Source: Kiritimatiellia bacterium | GTDB lineage: Bacteria > Verrucomicrobiota > Kiritimatiellia > JAAZAB01 | Length of the DNA stretch: 64,000 nucleotides | Assembly: GCA_040767085.1 (NCBI GenBank) | Contig: JAXGPF010000011.1 | Coordinates: forward strand, 64,001-128,000 | Direction: 5' to 3' | In this document: positions 31,816 to 41,637 of the stretch, one piece after another | Layout: each line of letters starts with the position of its first letter | Numbering within the stretch: position 1 is the first letter of the stretch | Translations under genes and position numbers: made by a program | Notes under the pieces: generated by a model | Databases searched by the model: none | What the model saw: only the letters and a program-made list of their open reading frames with translations | What the model was told of the DNA's origin: nothing

Positions 31816-33459
31816 TCACGTATAATACGCGCCCACGGTATGCCTGCTCTGTACCCGCAAAATCTGCTGCAGCAGCGACACCTGCTTCTCCGCCGCCGTC
31901 GCCGAGCGCCGCGCCGGATCGTTCACCACTCCCCCGATAAACCCGCCCATACGCGCCAGGCGGTCGGTAAAAATCTTCGGCGCCCCATCCTTCCCCGCCC
32001 CGCCGCCGCCAGCCCCGCCCGCGCCGGCCTGCGCCTCCGCGCCTGCCGCCAGCGCCTTCCGGATATGCTCCCCCATGCGCTCCTGGATGCCCGCCAAGGC
32101 CTGATCGAGCCGCCCCATGGCCGCCGTATCCTCAAACACCTTCCCCGTCTCCCAGCCCGAAGCAGCATATGTTTTGACATCCGCAAATCCATCCTGCAAC
32201 GCCTTCGCGAATCCCGCGCCCGCCGCCTGGATGCTTTCCCAGCCCCGCTGCATCCGCGCGGCGCCATCGGCGTCGGCTTCTCCGGAGCGCCCGGCAAATT
32301 CTTGATTGCGCCGCTCCACCGCCTGGTTATAAGACTCATGCGGCTGTTTAAAATGGCTCAACCCCGGGATATTGCTCAGCGCGTTAAACAGCCACTGCAC
32401 GATCATGTCAATCCCCGCCCCCAGGTGCGCGAGCGGCGCGTTAAAGATGCGCAGCAGCGCTGCCCCCAGCGCCTCGAACGCGCCGATCGCCACATCCGCC
32501 ATCCCCTTCCACAGCGCCGGGTCCGCCAGCATTTTGAGTTCCTCCCACCACATCCGCGGCAGATTCATAATCCAGCCGGACAACGCACCCAGGGCGGCGG
32601 AGAGCGACTGCGTCAGAAAATTCACCGCATGCTGGAACCCCGCAATCAGCGCCGCGCTCACCAATTCCCCCAGGCTGCCATCGCCGAACATCTCCGCAAT
32701 CACGGAAAACAGCGCGCCGATCTTCATACCGATCCCCGCCAGGTCAATCGAATCCAGCCAGCCGGAGATGCGCTCCATCACCGGGATAAACGCCGTCAGG
32801 ATGCCCATCCACAAGCCATTGATCTTCGTCGTCAGCCGGCCGAAGGAATCGCCAATCGCGTCGAACTGGGCATTCGTGGCATTCACCAGGTTGGGCATCG
32901 AGCCCAGGGCCGCGCGCGCGGTCTCAAACCCCTTCGGATCGCTGAACAGTTGCAGCATCGGCGCGCCGGATTTACCAAACACCTTCATCGCCGCCGCGGC
33001 TTTATCCGCCTGGTTAGGCAGCTTATTAATCGCCTTGCCGATCGTCTCGAACTGCTCCGCCGCGCCCATCCCGCGCAGGCTGGCGATGTTCAACCCGAGC
33101 TTTGCAAAGACATCCTTGGTGCTCTGCCCGTCCTCGCTCACTCCTGAAAGCGCCTTGGAAAGCAGCGCCAGGGAAGACGGCAGCATTTCCGCGCCCAGGC
33201 CGGCGTCCATAAACGCCTCGCGCAACACCAGGATATCACCAGCGGTTTCGCCGGTCTGGGCGGCCAGGTCGGAGAGTTCCCCGCCCAACTGAATCGCGTT
33301 CTTGATCCCCGCCATTGCCCCGGCGATGGTCAATCCCGCGCCCGCCACCGCGGCGGCGGCGCCGGCCATACCCAGGGCAATGGATTTTTGCGCCGCCCCC
33401 AGCGCGGCGCTGAACTGGGAATTATCCAGACTGAGCTTGTATTTCAGGGCGCCGCTCAT
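31816..33459 (-). CDS. Tail tape measure protein
   Basis: LSLDNSQF N-terminus, Ala/Gly-rich helical sequence, LSDLAAQTG, AAMKVFGKSG; follows chaperone. Confidence 0.85.
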   Translation of the reverse strand: MSGALKYKLSLDNSQFSAALGAAQKSIALGMAGAAAAVAGAGLTIAGAMAGIKNAIQLGGELSDLAAQTGETAGDILVLREAFMDAGLGAEMLPSSLALLSKALSGVSEDGQSTKDVFAKLGLNIASLRGMGAAEQFETIGKAINKLPNQADKAAAAMKVFGKSGAPMLQLFSDPKGFETARAALGSMPNLVNATNAQFDAIGDSFGRLTTKINGLWMGILTAFIPVMERISGWLDSIDLAGIGMKIGALFSVIAEMFGDGSLGELVSAALIAGFQHAVNFLTQSLSAALGALSGWIMNLPRMWWEELKMLADPALWKGMADVAIGAFEALGAALLRIFNAPLAHLGAGIDMIVQWLFNALSNIPGLSHFKQPHESYNQAVERRNQEFAGRSGEADADGAARMQRGWESIQAAGAGFAKALQDGFADVKTYAASGWETGKVFEDTAAMGRLDQALAGIQERMGEHIRKALAAGAEAQAGAGGAGGGGAGKDGAPKIFTDRLARMGGFIGGVVNDPARRSATAAEKQVSLLQQILRVQSRHTVGAYYT

Positions 33460-34062
33460 GTTTCAAAGCTTCCAGTTCCGCGATATATTCCTGCTCCAGG
33501 TAATCCGGCGCCGAGAACTCGCCGCCCTGCCGCAGAGTATTTGCCGCCATCAGCGCGAAGATTTGCGCCAGCGGCCTGGTCAACGCGTAGCCGAGCGGCC
33601 AGTGGAACTCGCCGCAGCAGAACTCGAGCGCCGCGAGCCACCACCCAACGCCGTTTTTTTTTCCGTCCGGGTCCCGCCGGCCGCCGGCAGCGCCGTGCCG
33701 AACGCCGCCGCCACGTGCGCGCTGATGGCCTCGGCTAATTTACCGATAGAGGCCAGCGGCAGCGTGGTTGCAAACTCCGGCAACCGCTTGTCCAGCTCAT
33801 CCGCATCGAGCGCGAGCAATTCGGTCATCACGCCCGCCGGCCGGCTCAAGATCAGCAGCGCGCGCAGCAATTCCAAATCATCCCGCGCCGCGGTCCCGGC
33901 CAGGAAACCCTTACAAAAGCGCTTCATCGCCAGGTAATGCGCCATGGTCAGCGGCTGCAGCCGCAGCTCGCCGATCCGGCTGCCGGCGGATTGCGCAAAG
34001 GCCTCTGCCACCACACCCGGGATATCGTTATTTTCCGCCGCGGGTTGCTGATCGGTTGCCAT
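33422..34062 (-). CDS. Tail assembly chaperone G (33580..34062) with -1 frameshift product GT ending at 33422
   Basis: GAA AAA AAA ACG slippery run at 33663-33652; open -1 frame KNGVGWWLAALE...PLAQIFAL...PDY. Confidence 0.8.
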
Positions 34063-34091
34063 ACTAAAATACTCCTGATTAATTCAGTTGC

Positions 34092-34216
34092 GGATGCGCC
34101 ACGCAGTGGCGCTACTACAGTCAGATGCGCCACGCAGTGGCGCCGCTACATCCAGAGGGCCTCTTCTGTAGCGGTCCGGCTTTGCCGGACTCCAGTCCGG
34201 CTTTGCCGGACTACAA
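34092..34216. repeat. Cluster of REP-like hairpins (2x GATGCGCCACGCAGTGGCGCnnCTAC, 2x GTCCGGCTTTGCCGGAC)
   Basis: Direct inspection. Confidence 0.75.
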
Positions 34217-34576
34217 TCAAGTCGCCGCCGGGAAGGCATGGAACTTGGTGCCCGTGATCGCGAGCTTTTTCCAGCCCTTGTTTTCCCACTTCTTTTCCGA
34301 GCCTAAGACGATGCCCTCGACCGCGTCCACCTTCAAAGCATCCCCCAAAGCCGGCTCCGGCGTGGCGGTTTCGACGATCACTTCCACCGTCAGCTCATCC
34401 TTGGCGTCGTAGATTGCCAGCCCGGTGGTTTCCCCCTGCTTATCCGGCAGCGGCTCCTGCTCGGCGCCGTGCTTCACGCTCATGCTCTGGACCTTCGCCG
34501 CGGCGAACGTATCCCCTTCTGCCGTCACCACGCCCCAAACGGCCGTTACCCCGGCCGGCTTAATCAAAACTGCCAT
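34217..34576 (-). CDS. Putative major tail tube protein
   Basis: 119 aa, beta-rich, directly upstream of chaperone and tape measure. Confidence 0.6.
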   Translation of the reverse strand: MAVLIKPAGVTAVWGVVTAEGDTFAAAKVQSMSVKHGAEQEPLPDKQGETTGLAIYDAKDELTVEVIVETATPEPALGDALKVDAVEGIVLGSEKKWENKGWKKLAITGTKFHAFPAAT

Positions 34577-34597
34577 GATCCACCTCCATTAAAACCC

Positions 34598-35161
34598 TCA
34601 CCCCTCCGCCGGCGGCTCTTCCGGCGGCGCTTCCGGCTCTTCCGGCTCTGGAACCACTGGCGGCCAGACGGCCGTCCGCGGCGTGTCATACGCCATTGCC
34701 GCGTCCAACTCGAAGCTGATCCGATACGCCGAAAGCGGATGCCCCGCCAGCTCTACCGGCTCCGTCCCCGCGTACCGCCATTGCCCGTCCGTCACCTCCG
34801 CGGGCATGATCAGCGAAAAAATCCGGTTCCGCACCTCCGCCACCCGCGCCAGCAGCGCCTTGCGTTCCCCCAGGGTCTCCATCAAGCCCAGGTTCGGCTT
34901 GGCCGTATGCGGCAGCTTATGGCCCACCGTAGCCACCAGCTTATGCGCCACCACTGCCAGGTTGCCGGCCTGCTCCTCCGCCGGCTGCTCGCCGCCCCAG
35001 TGCAGCGCAATCAACAAGCCTGCCGGCCCATCCAGCAGCATCTCCAGCGGCAAGAGCGCGTCCGGAGCGATCACCAAACGCGCGCCGGCGGCCGTGGCGA
35101 ACGCCGCCAGATCGTCATGCACGAGCTTCAGCAAATCCGCTGGTGAAAGTGGCGTCGTCAT
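34598..35161 (-). CDS. Putative tail completion/terminator protein
   Basis: Position after gp36; AYRISFE C-terminal strand. Confidence 0.5.
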   Translation of the reverse strand: MTTPLSPADLLKLVHDDLAAFATAAGARLVIAPDALLPLEMLLDGPAGLLIALHWGGEQPAEEQAGNLAVVAHKLVATVGHKLPHTAKPNLGLMETLGERKALLARVAEVRNRIFSLIMPAEVTDGQWRYAGTEPVELAGHPLSAYRISFELDAAMAYDTPRTAVWPPVVPEPEEPEAPPEEPPAEG

Positions 35162-35568
35162 ACCATCAACCTCCCGCCGCTATATGTCCGTGAAGGCTCG
35201 CTGATGATCGCGCTTTCCGCCGCCGCCGGCGCGGCGAGCGCCGTCTCGCCCTTACCCACCGCGCGCAACACATCCCGCCAGCCATCCGCGGCCTTAGCCA
35301 CGCGTTCCGGCGGCGTGGCGCCCCGCCGGGTAAAGAGCATCTCCAGCGCAATCCAGAGCGCCGCCTGCCGCAACTTCGAAGGGATAGGGGAAGCCGTCAC
35401 CGGTGTGGCAAAACGCGCCTCGATCAACCCATCACACTCCCGGCTGGCTGCCGCCGCCACCTCATCCAGCAGCCCCGTCACCGGCCCCGTCCCCGCGTCA
35501 TCCACCGCCGCATCCCGGTACTCATCCGGCAGCAGCGCCTGCAACTCCGCTGTGGTTACGTAGGCCAT
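35158..35568 (-). CDS. Mu gp36-like head-tail adaptor (DUF1320)
   Basis: MAYVT..EL, AASRECDGLI..RF..P, L..V.KG. Confidence 0.8.
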   Translation of the reverse strand: MAYVTTAELQALLPDEYRDAAVDDAGTGPVTGLLDEVAAAASRECDGLIEARFATPVTASPIPSKLRQAALWIALEMLFTRRGATPPERVAKAADGWRDVLRAVGKGETALAAPAAAESAIISEPSRTYSGGRLMV

Positions 35569-35620
35569 GTTTGTTCAATCCACGCCCCGCCTGGAGGGCG
35601 AACCTGCGGTGAGCCTTCCC

Positions 35621-35998
35621 TTAAGGGAACAACTCGAACACCAACAACGCGCTCGCCGCGTTCGTGCCGAAATCCGCAAAGGGAATCTTATCCCCCTTGA
35701 AGATATAAACCGTGTTCGTCTCCAGGTGCGTCCCCGCGCCCGAAGCGCAGACCACCGAGCCCAGGCTATTCGTCACCGTGCCAATCACGTGCGAAATCGT
35801 GCCCGTAGCCGCCGCCGGCGTCGTGCCCGCCACATCCACCCGCACCAGGCGGCCGACGACGTAATCGCGGGTATTCGTCCACACTCCCGCGCCCCCGGCC
35901 AGCGTCACCGTTTCCCGCAGCGGCGTCAAAGCGCTCGCCACCAGCGCCGCCAGAAACAGCACCACCACCGCCAACCCCAACTGAAAATTAAACTTCAT
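35621..35998 (-). CDS. Prophage hypothetical protein with signal-peptide-like N-terminus
   Basis: GGAGG RBS before ATG at 35998; hydrophobic leader. Confidence 0.6.
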   Translation of the reverse strand: MKFNFQLGLAVVVLFLAALVASALTPLRETVTLAGGAGVWTNTRDYVVGRLVRVDVAGTTPAAATGTISHVIGTVTNSLGSVVCASGAGTHLETNTVYIFKGDKIPFADFGTNAASALLVFELFP

Positions 35999-36143
35999 CT
36001 GATTGCCTCCTGCTTTTGATTCCCGAAAACTTTTTGCGGGTTGGGCGGCCTGACCTTTCGGCCAAGCCGCCCGTCCCCTCACCCTAACTAGACTCAGATA
36101 CGCCACAACGTCCGGCTTTGCCGGACTACAACCCTTCCGGGTT

Positions 36144-37064
36144 TTATTTGATCTCGATCCGCCGCCCGCAGATGGCGCTCACCACCTGCACGTCCTCGCT
36201 CCAGTCCACCGCCAGCATGTCCGAGCGGTTACTCTCCGCCCGATACAACCGCACGCTCTGCACCCCGCCCCGGTTGCCCCGGAACGTCTTCGCAAAGCTC
36301 GGGTCATAGAGCGACGGCGCCGCGCTGCGGTAAAACACCAGCAGGTTCATCCCCGCGATATTCGACACCTTGCGCGTCGCGCCGGTCTTGGCCGCATTGC
36401 TGGCCATCACGCCGACACGGATTTCGATGCTCGTATTCAGCAGCATCCCCGCCGCGTTTTCGGTAGACACCCCCTGGATCGGCGCCCCCGGCTGCCGCGC
36501 GAGCACCTTCGGATGGCTCCGGAACTTCCGCCAGCCGCCCAGCCCGTACACCAGCCCATTCGGCATCCGGCCGGTTTCATTCGCGATTGCCTCGATCAGC
36601 GAGTCAATCTCATCCACCGGGTCCACATCCGGCGCCGACCAGTTGCCCAGGCCGGCCGTCGCCGCCAGGCCGGCATACACCCGCGCAAACACCCGCACCT
36701 CGTGCGAGAGCACCGCGCTGGTCACCAGTGTGGCCGCCTTCGACTGCTCCAGCCCCAACTGATCATCCCCGGCGGCATCCCGCTCGGCGTCATCAATCGG
36801 CGCCTCCAGCGCATGCGGCCGGCAGTTATAGTCCGCGTCCGAGGCATTGAACTCGATCCGCTTCGCCGGCCCGCCCAGGGCGCGTTCGGTATCCAGCACC
36901 TGGAAATCGTTGCCGTCGTCAAACTTCTTGTGCTTCCCGACCGTGGCCCCCACCGGGACCGTCGGCGCAAGGAACTCCGCCAGCGCGCTCGTCTTGTCCT
37001 GCGAGACGCCCGTGGCGTAATTCGTCAGCGTCGGATTCAAACCGTAATCACTTCTCTTGCCCAT
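36144..37064 (-). CDS. Major capsid protein
   Basis: 306 aa after decoration protein; LTNYATG, LAPTVPV, NWS..D.DPVDEID, G.MPN.LV. Confidence 0.8.
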   Translation of the reverse strand: MGKRSDYGLNPTLTNYATGVSQDKTSALAEFLAPTVPVGATVGKHKKFDDGNDFQVLDTERALGGPAKRIEFNASDADYNCRPHALEAPIDDAERDAAGDDQLGLEQSKAATLVTSAVLSHEVRVFARVYAGLAATAGLGNWSAPDVDPVDEIDSLIEAIANETGRMPNGLVYGLGGWRKFRSHPKVLARQPGAPIQGVSTENAAGMLLNTSIEIRVGVMASNAAKTGATRKVSNIAGMNLLVFYRSAAPSLYDPSFAKTFRGNRGGVQSVRLYRAESNRSDMLAVDWSEDVQVVSAICGRRIEIK

Positions 37065-37758
37065 AACCTGTTCCTTCCTTTTTTTGCTCTACTGCAACTC
37101 CGCCGGCGCGCCCTGCGGGCGACCGCGCGAGCACCTTCGGATGGCTCCGGAACTTCCGCCATCCGCCCAGCCCGAACACCAGCCCATTCGGCATCCGGCC
37201 GGTTTCATTCGCGATTGCCTCGATCAGCGAGTCAATCTCATCCACCGGGTCCACATCCGGCGCCGACCAGTTGCCCAGGCCGGCCGTCGCCGCCAGGCCG
37301 GCATACACCCGCGCAAACACCCGCACCTCGTGCGAGAGCACCGCGCTGGTCACCAGTGTGGCCGCCTTCGACTGCTCCAGCCCCAACTGATCATCCCCGG
37401 CGGCATCCCGCTCGGCGTCATCAATCGGCGCCTCCAGCGCATGCGGCCGGCAGTTATAGTCCGCGTCCGAGGCATTGAACTCGATCCGCTTCGCCGGCCC
37501 GCCCAGGGCGCGTTCGGTATCCAGCACCTGGAAATCGTTGCCGTCGTCAAACTTCTTGTGCTTCCCGACCGTGGCCCCCACCGGGACCGTCGGCGCAAGG
37601 AACTCCGCCAGCGCGCTCGTCTTGTCCTGCGAGACGCCCGTGGCGTAATTCGTCAGCGTCGGATTCAAACCGTAATCACTTCTCTTGCCCATAACCTGTT
37701 CCTTCCTTTTTTTGCTCTACTGCAACTCCGCCGGCGCGCCCTGCGGGCGACCGCGCGA
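36495..37758. repeat. 628-bp tandem duplication of capsid 5' part and upstream spacer
   Basis: CCGCGCGA at 36495, 37123 and 37751; copies differ at two visible positions. Confidence 0.92.
37048..37692 (-). pseudogene. Truncated duplicate of major capsid gene
   Basis: Matches the capsid to ...HPKVLAR, then reads through spacer sequence. Confidence 0.85.
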
Positions 37759-37759
37759 T

Positions 37760-38161
37760 TTACGATGCGTAAATGATCGGGGCCAGCAGGATCGCCATGA
37801 TCAACTCATTGGCCTCACCCGCTTCCAGCGCCCGCGCGCAGACCACCCGCGCGCCCGTGCCCGCATCCGCGCCGGCCGTGCCGGCCGTGGTTGCGCTCAA
37901 CTGCAACCGCGTGCCCGCCACCACCGTGCCCGGGGCTGCCGCCAGCTTCACCTTCACCGGCCCCGCATTGCCCCCGCAGAGCGCCACCGAATCCTTGCCG
38001 GTCGTATCCTCGCCGTCCAGGATCACCCCATAAGGGTCATCCGTCGCCGGGGTTACCACCAGCGCCGCCAGGCCGGCCGCGGCCGTCACGAAAAACCCGC
38101 GCTTCTCCCTGTGATCCGCCGTCGGCGTCATTGCCACAATCGCCTTATCCATTGCTTCCAT
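37760..38161 (-). CDS. Capsid cement/decoration protein (DUF2190-like)
   Basis: Small, Gly/Ala-rich, ARALEAG motif, between protease and capsid. Confidence 0.7.
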   Translation of the reverse strand: MEAMDKAIVAMTPTADHREKRGFFVTAAAGLAALVVTPATDDPYGVILDGEDTTGKDSVALCGGNAGPVKVKLAAAPGTVVAGTRLQLSATTAGTAGADAGTGARVVCARALEAGEANELIMAILLAPIIYAS

Positions 38162-38196
38162 CCCGCGCCTCCTTTACCCTGCGTTAATCTGCGTGC

Positions 38197-39435
38197 TCAA
38201 AACAATTCCGGATGGCGCTTGCGCGCCGTTTCCCAGGCCAGCTCGAAAGTCGTCTTCAGCTCTGCCTGCAAAGCTGATACCGCCGCCGACTGCCGCGCCA
38301 CCCGGTCATTCCCAGCCGGCGTTCCGGCATCCACCGGCGTCTGCCGGCTGAGCGGCACCGTCGCCGCCAGCGCCGCGACATGCTGCTCCAGGTCCTGGAG
38401 CGAGAGCTTTGCGATAGCCTCATCCGTCAGCGCCACCGCCTTCCCCGCCGCGCATGCGCTCGTCAGCAGCGCCTGCTTCTGCAGCGTCTCCTGCCCGGCC
38501 GCCAGCTCATCCGCCCGCGCCGTCAGGCCCGCGATGGCGGAAGCATTCTCCTGCGCCTTGCGCAGCTCCGCGCCCTGCTCATCCACCCATTTGCGCAGCG
38601 CGGTGTTTTCATTCTTCACCGCCTGCAAATCCTGCGTCACCGCCTGCAGCGCCGTATTCAGCGCCGCGATCTGCTCCATCAGCTTTGTCACATCCGTATC
38701 GTCTGGCATGTTGTCCTCCTGGTTGGAATCCGCCGAAAAAAACGTCACATCCCGCAGCGACCCATTCGGACAGAGCGCCACCGAGATCACACCCAGCACC
38801 CGCCGCTGCGCGTCATGCTGGAGCGCCGGCGAAATATCCGCATACTCCCGCGCATACTTCCGCCCCGATTCCGTCCACTCCAGATTCTCCAGCCACACCC
38901 CCGCCTCGCTCCCCGCAGGGGCGGCGTCACACGCCGCGACCGCCGGCTGTCCGCTTCCCGTAGGAGTCCGGCTTTGCCGGACGACCGCATCCTCCGGCAC
39001 GTCCGTCTCCCCAGGTAGGGCGGCCAGTCCCTGGCCGCCGTCCGCTTCCGTGGGTAGGGCGGCCAGTCCCTTGGCCGCCGCGCCATCCCCGTTGGCAGAC
39101 ACCCCAGAGCTTGCGCTCTGGAGTGCCTGCTGTGCGTGGTGCGGTGCGATAACTTTAAGAGTGCCATACGCCGCATGTTGGCGCGGCGGCGGCTGATAAT
39201 GCGGCGAACCCTTCAGGGAATTGTGCTCGAAGTCCAGCACGATGCGCGCAAAACTGCCCCGCGCAATCTGCGCGTTCAGCGCCTGCACGGACTGCTCATC
39301 CACAAGGAAATCACCGCGGTCGGAAGGGTTCCGGCCCCAGTTCAGGAACTTGATGCGCTCCGGCAGATCGCCGGAGGCCAACGCGTGATTAGAGATGCCA
39401 CCCAGCGCTGTTTGCCTCAATTTCATGAGGCGCAT
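38197..39435 (-). CDS. Mu-like prohead protease I with nested scaffold Z (internal ATG 38709)
   Basis: LDFEH, LEWT..G, YADISP, SVAL..N; GGAGG RBS before internal MPDDTD coiled coil. Confidence 0.85.
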   Translation of the reverse strand: MRLMKLRQTALGGISNHALASGDLPERIKFLNWGRNPSDRGDFLVDEQSVQALNAQIARGSFARIVLDFEHNSLKGSPHYQPPPRQHAAYGTLKVIAPHHAQQALQSASSGVSANGDGAAAKGLAALPTEADGGQGLAALPGETDVPEDAVVRQSRTPTGSGQPAVAACDAAPAGSEAGVWLENLEWTESGRKYAREYADISPALQHDAQRRVLGVISVALCPNGSLRDVTFFSADSNQEDNMPDDTDVTKLMEQIAALNTALQAVTQDLQAVKNENTALRKWVDEQGAELRKAQENASAIAGLTARADELAAGQETLQKQALLTSACAAGKAVALTDEAIAKLSLQDLEQHVAALAATVPLSRQTPVDAGTPAGNDRVARQSAAVSALQAELKTTFELAWETARKRHPELF

Positions 39436-39485
39436 CCTACGCTGAGAGCAAAAATACCGCTAGGAACAGTGGAATAGGGGGAAAG

Positions 39486-39956
39486 CTAGAACCGCAACGC
39501 CCGGCGGATCGCCATCTCGATCCGTTCCCGCGCCGCCGCCGTCGGCCGGCCATCCGCGTCAAACGGGAAAAACGGCCGCGCCGGAATATGCGCCCGCGGC
39601 GCCCCCAACTGATGAATCGCCGCCAGGGAATACTTACCCACCACACGATCACTTCCAATCGTCACGCTGCGATTGCCCGCATCCATCACCCGCAAACTCT
39701 CCCACAACGCCCCGCCCTTCGCCCGCCGCAGCGGCGCCGAACCCTGCCCCTTGCGCGCGCGCTCGGCCAATGTGCTTTCCTTCAGCGCCGGCCAGGCTGC
39801 CGGCCGCAAATTCGCATCCCCAAACGCCCGCTGCGCCAGGCTCACCGCCGCCTGCCCGCCCTGTAGCAGCGCCGCGCGGGTATTGATCGCCCGCGCCGCC
39901 AGGCGCCGCAATTCCGGCGTGATCCCGTCCGAGACCTTATGCAACTTCAACTGCAT
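39486..39956 (-). CDS. Mu gpG-like virion morphogenesis protein
   Basis: WPALKEST, L..SL, IGSD..AAIHQLG, IPARPFFPF. Confidence 0.85.
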   Translation of the reverse strand: MQLKLHKVSDGITPELRRLAARAINTRAALLQGGQAAVSLAQRAFGDANLRPAAWPALKESTLAERARKGQGSAPLRRAKGGALWESLRVMDAGNRSVTIGSDRVVGKYSLAAIHQLGAPRAHIPARPFFPFDADGRPTAAARERIEMAIRRALRF

Positions 39957-39958
39957 CC

Positions 39959-40216
39959 TCAATCCCCCTTCGGCGCATCGTCCGGATACTCGATTGTAAA
40001 ATCTTCCTCGTACGATGTAAAATGCGTCAGCTTCCGGAACTCCTCGGAAATTGCTTGAATCTCCGGCGGCCTGGGGAGCGAATATGGATAAGCATCCCAC
40101 AACTTAAACACCAAAGCCTTTATCTTGCTCCGTCCTTGGGGCCCGACATCCGCATACACCTCGAACTGCTTGCGCAGCTCATCCAGATCAACTCCGGTTT
40201 TCTGGTCAATATTCAT
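39959..40216 (-). CDS. Small protein, candidate immunity protein of the MuF toxin
   Basis: 85 aa, ATGA-coupled to MuF-ART. Confidence 0.5.
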   Translation of the reverse strand: MNIDQKTGVDLDELRKQFEVYADVGPQGRSKIKALVFKLWDAYPYSLPRPPEIQAISEEFRKLTHFTSYEEDFTIEYPDDAPKGD

Positions 40217-41637
40217 CGCAACACCTCCGCGCGCACATAACGATAGCCGTCCCGCTCCTCCACCGCCAGGATTTTCAACCCCGCCTTACGCGGCAGCAAC
40301 ACCTCCCGCTCGAAGCCATGCGCCTTATCCAGATCGCCGATCCACATCCCCCGCGTCCCCCGCGGCGCCCGAATCTCGAAAAACGTATTGCCTTTAACCC
40401 CAGCCGACAAATTTTTTGAAAGCGAGGTGGAAGCATACCCCTTATCCCTATACACCCCGCCCGGCCGCAAATCAATCCCCGCCGGCAAGTCAGTCCGCCG
40501 CCATAAAACCACGCTCTCCGGCAGCCGCGAACGCGCCAGCGTTTTATCCAACTCCGCTATGGTCTTTGCCGCATTCGCATCTATCCGCCCGCGGTGCGGC
40601 AGGCGTAAAAGCTCATTTAAACGCGAGCCTTCCTGCTGATAAACCACCCCCGCCGCCTTCTGTTCCGCCGGCAGTTTCCGGGTAATCGGCTCCAGATTTT
40701 TATCCGCCCATCCGGCCAGGTACTTATCCGACTGAAACGCCCGGAACGGCGCCTCGCTCAACGACTGCCCCTCCAGCCAGTCAAAGAGCGAAATCCCTTC
40801 CCCCACATCCTGCTCCCGCGCAAACTTCTCGAACTCCCCGAACACCTCCGGATCGTACCGTTCCCGCAGCGTCTCCAGGTCAATCCGCAAATCCCCGGGG
40901 TGCCACCCGAACGCCCCCCGCCGTTCCTTTTCCGACTGCGCCCGCGCCTTCGGGCTGCGCACATCCACCGGATGCCCCGCCCCCAAATCCAGCGTCCCCT
41001 GATCCAGCAGCCGCCTTTCCATCGCCGGGCTCAACACAAAGCCCCGCGCCCTGGCCGCCGGCTCATTCGCCCCTGGCTGCCCCGCCACCCGGCCGGCCGC
41101 CTGCGCCTCGGCATAATCCTCATCGCTCACCGGCACCACCTGGCACCGGCAATTATAATCCCAGGGCGGATAATGATCCCGCCAGAACGGATGCTCCGCC
41201 GGCAGGATCAACCCATTCAGCGCCGCGTGGCTATCCCGCACATTCTCATCCCCCATCGTCAAATACATCCAATACCCATGCGCCGCGCGCCCCTCCTCCG
41301 AAACCATCACCTCATGCCGCGCTGCCTGGTATGCCTGAAACCCATGCATCCGCAGCAGCAGCTCCGCCCGCTTTTCCGCCGCATCCCCCAGCCAGGGCGT
41401 CAACCCCTCGATCACCTGCTCCTTCACATCCTCCCAGGCCGCCCCCCGCGGCAGCTCCGCGATCGCGTCGCGCAGGCTCTGCAGCGTATTCGCGTCCTCA
41501 ATCCCCCCCACCGTAAACGCCCGCGCCCGCGCCTCCGGCAGCAGCCGGTCAAACACCTTCCGGGTCACCGCCGGCTTCCCCTTGATCAACTCCGCCGCCT
41601 GCTCATGCGGCAACGCCTGGAACACAATATCGCTCAT
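40213..41637 (-). CDS. MuF (gp30) minor head protein with C-terminal ADP-ribosyltransferase domain
   Basis: RAFTVGG, YWMY...D..VRDSH..L.G, HPFW..HYPP..YNCRC; ART R-STS-ExE: LWRR, YASTSL, EREVLLPR. Confidence 0.88.
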   Translation of the reverse strand: MSDIVFQALPHEQAAELIKGKPAVTRKVFDRLLPEARARAFTVGGIEDANTLQSLRDAIAELPRGAAWEDVKEQVIEGLTPWLGDAAEKRAELLLRMHGFQAYQAARHEVMVSEEGRAAHGYWMYLTMGDENVRDSHAALNGLILPAEHPFWRDHYPPWDYNCRCQVVPVSDEDYAEAQAAGRVAGQPGANEPAARARGFVLSPAMERRLLDQGTLDLGAGHPVDVRSPKARAQSEKERRGAFGWHPGDLRIDLETLRERYDPEVFGEFEKFAREQDVGEGISLFDWLEGQSLSEAPFRAFQSDKYLAGWADKNLEPITRKLPAEQKAAGVVYQQEGSRLNELLRLPHRGRIDANAAKTIAELDKTLARSRLPESVVLWRRTDLPAGIDLRPGGVYRDKGYASTSLSKNLSAGVKGNTFFEIRAPRGTRGMWIGDLDKAHGFEREVLLPRKAGLKILAVEERDGYRYVRAEVLR

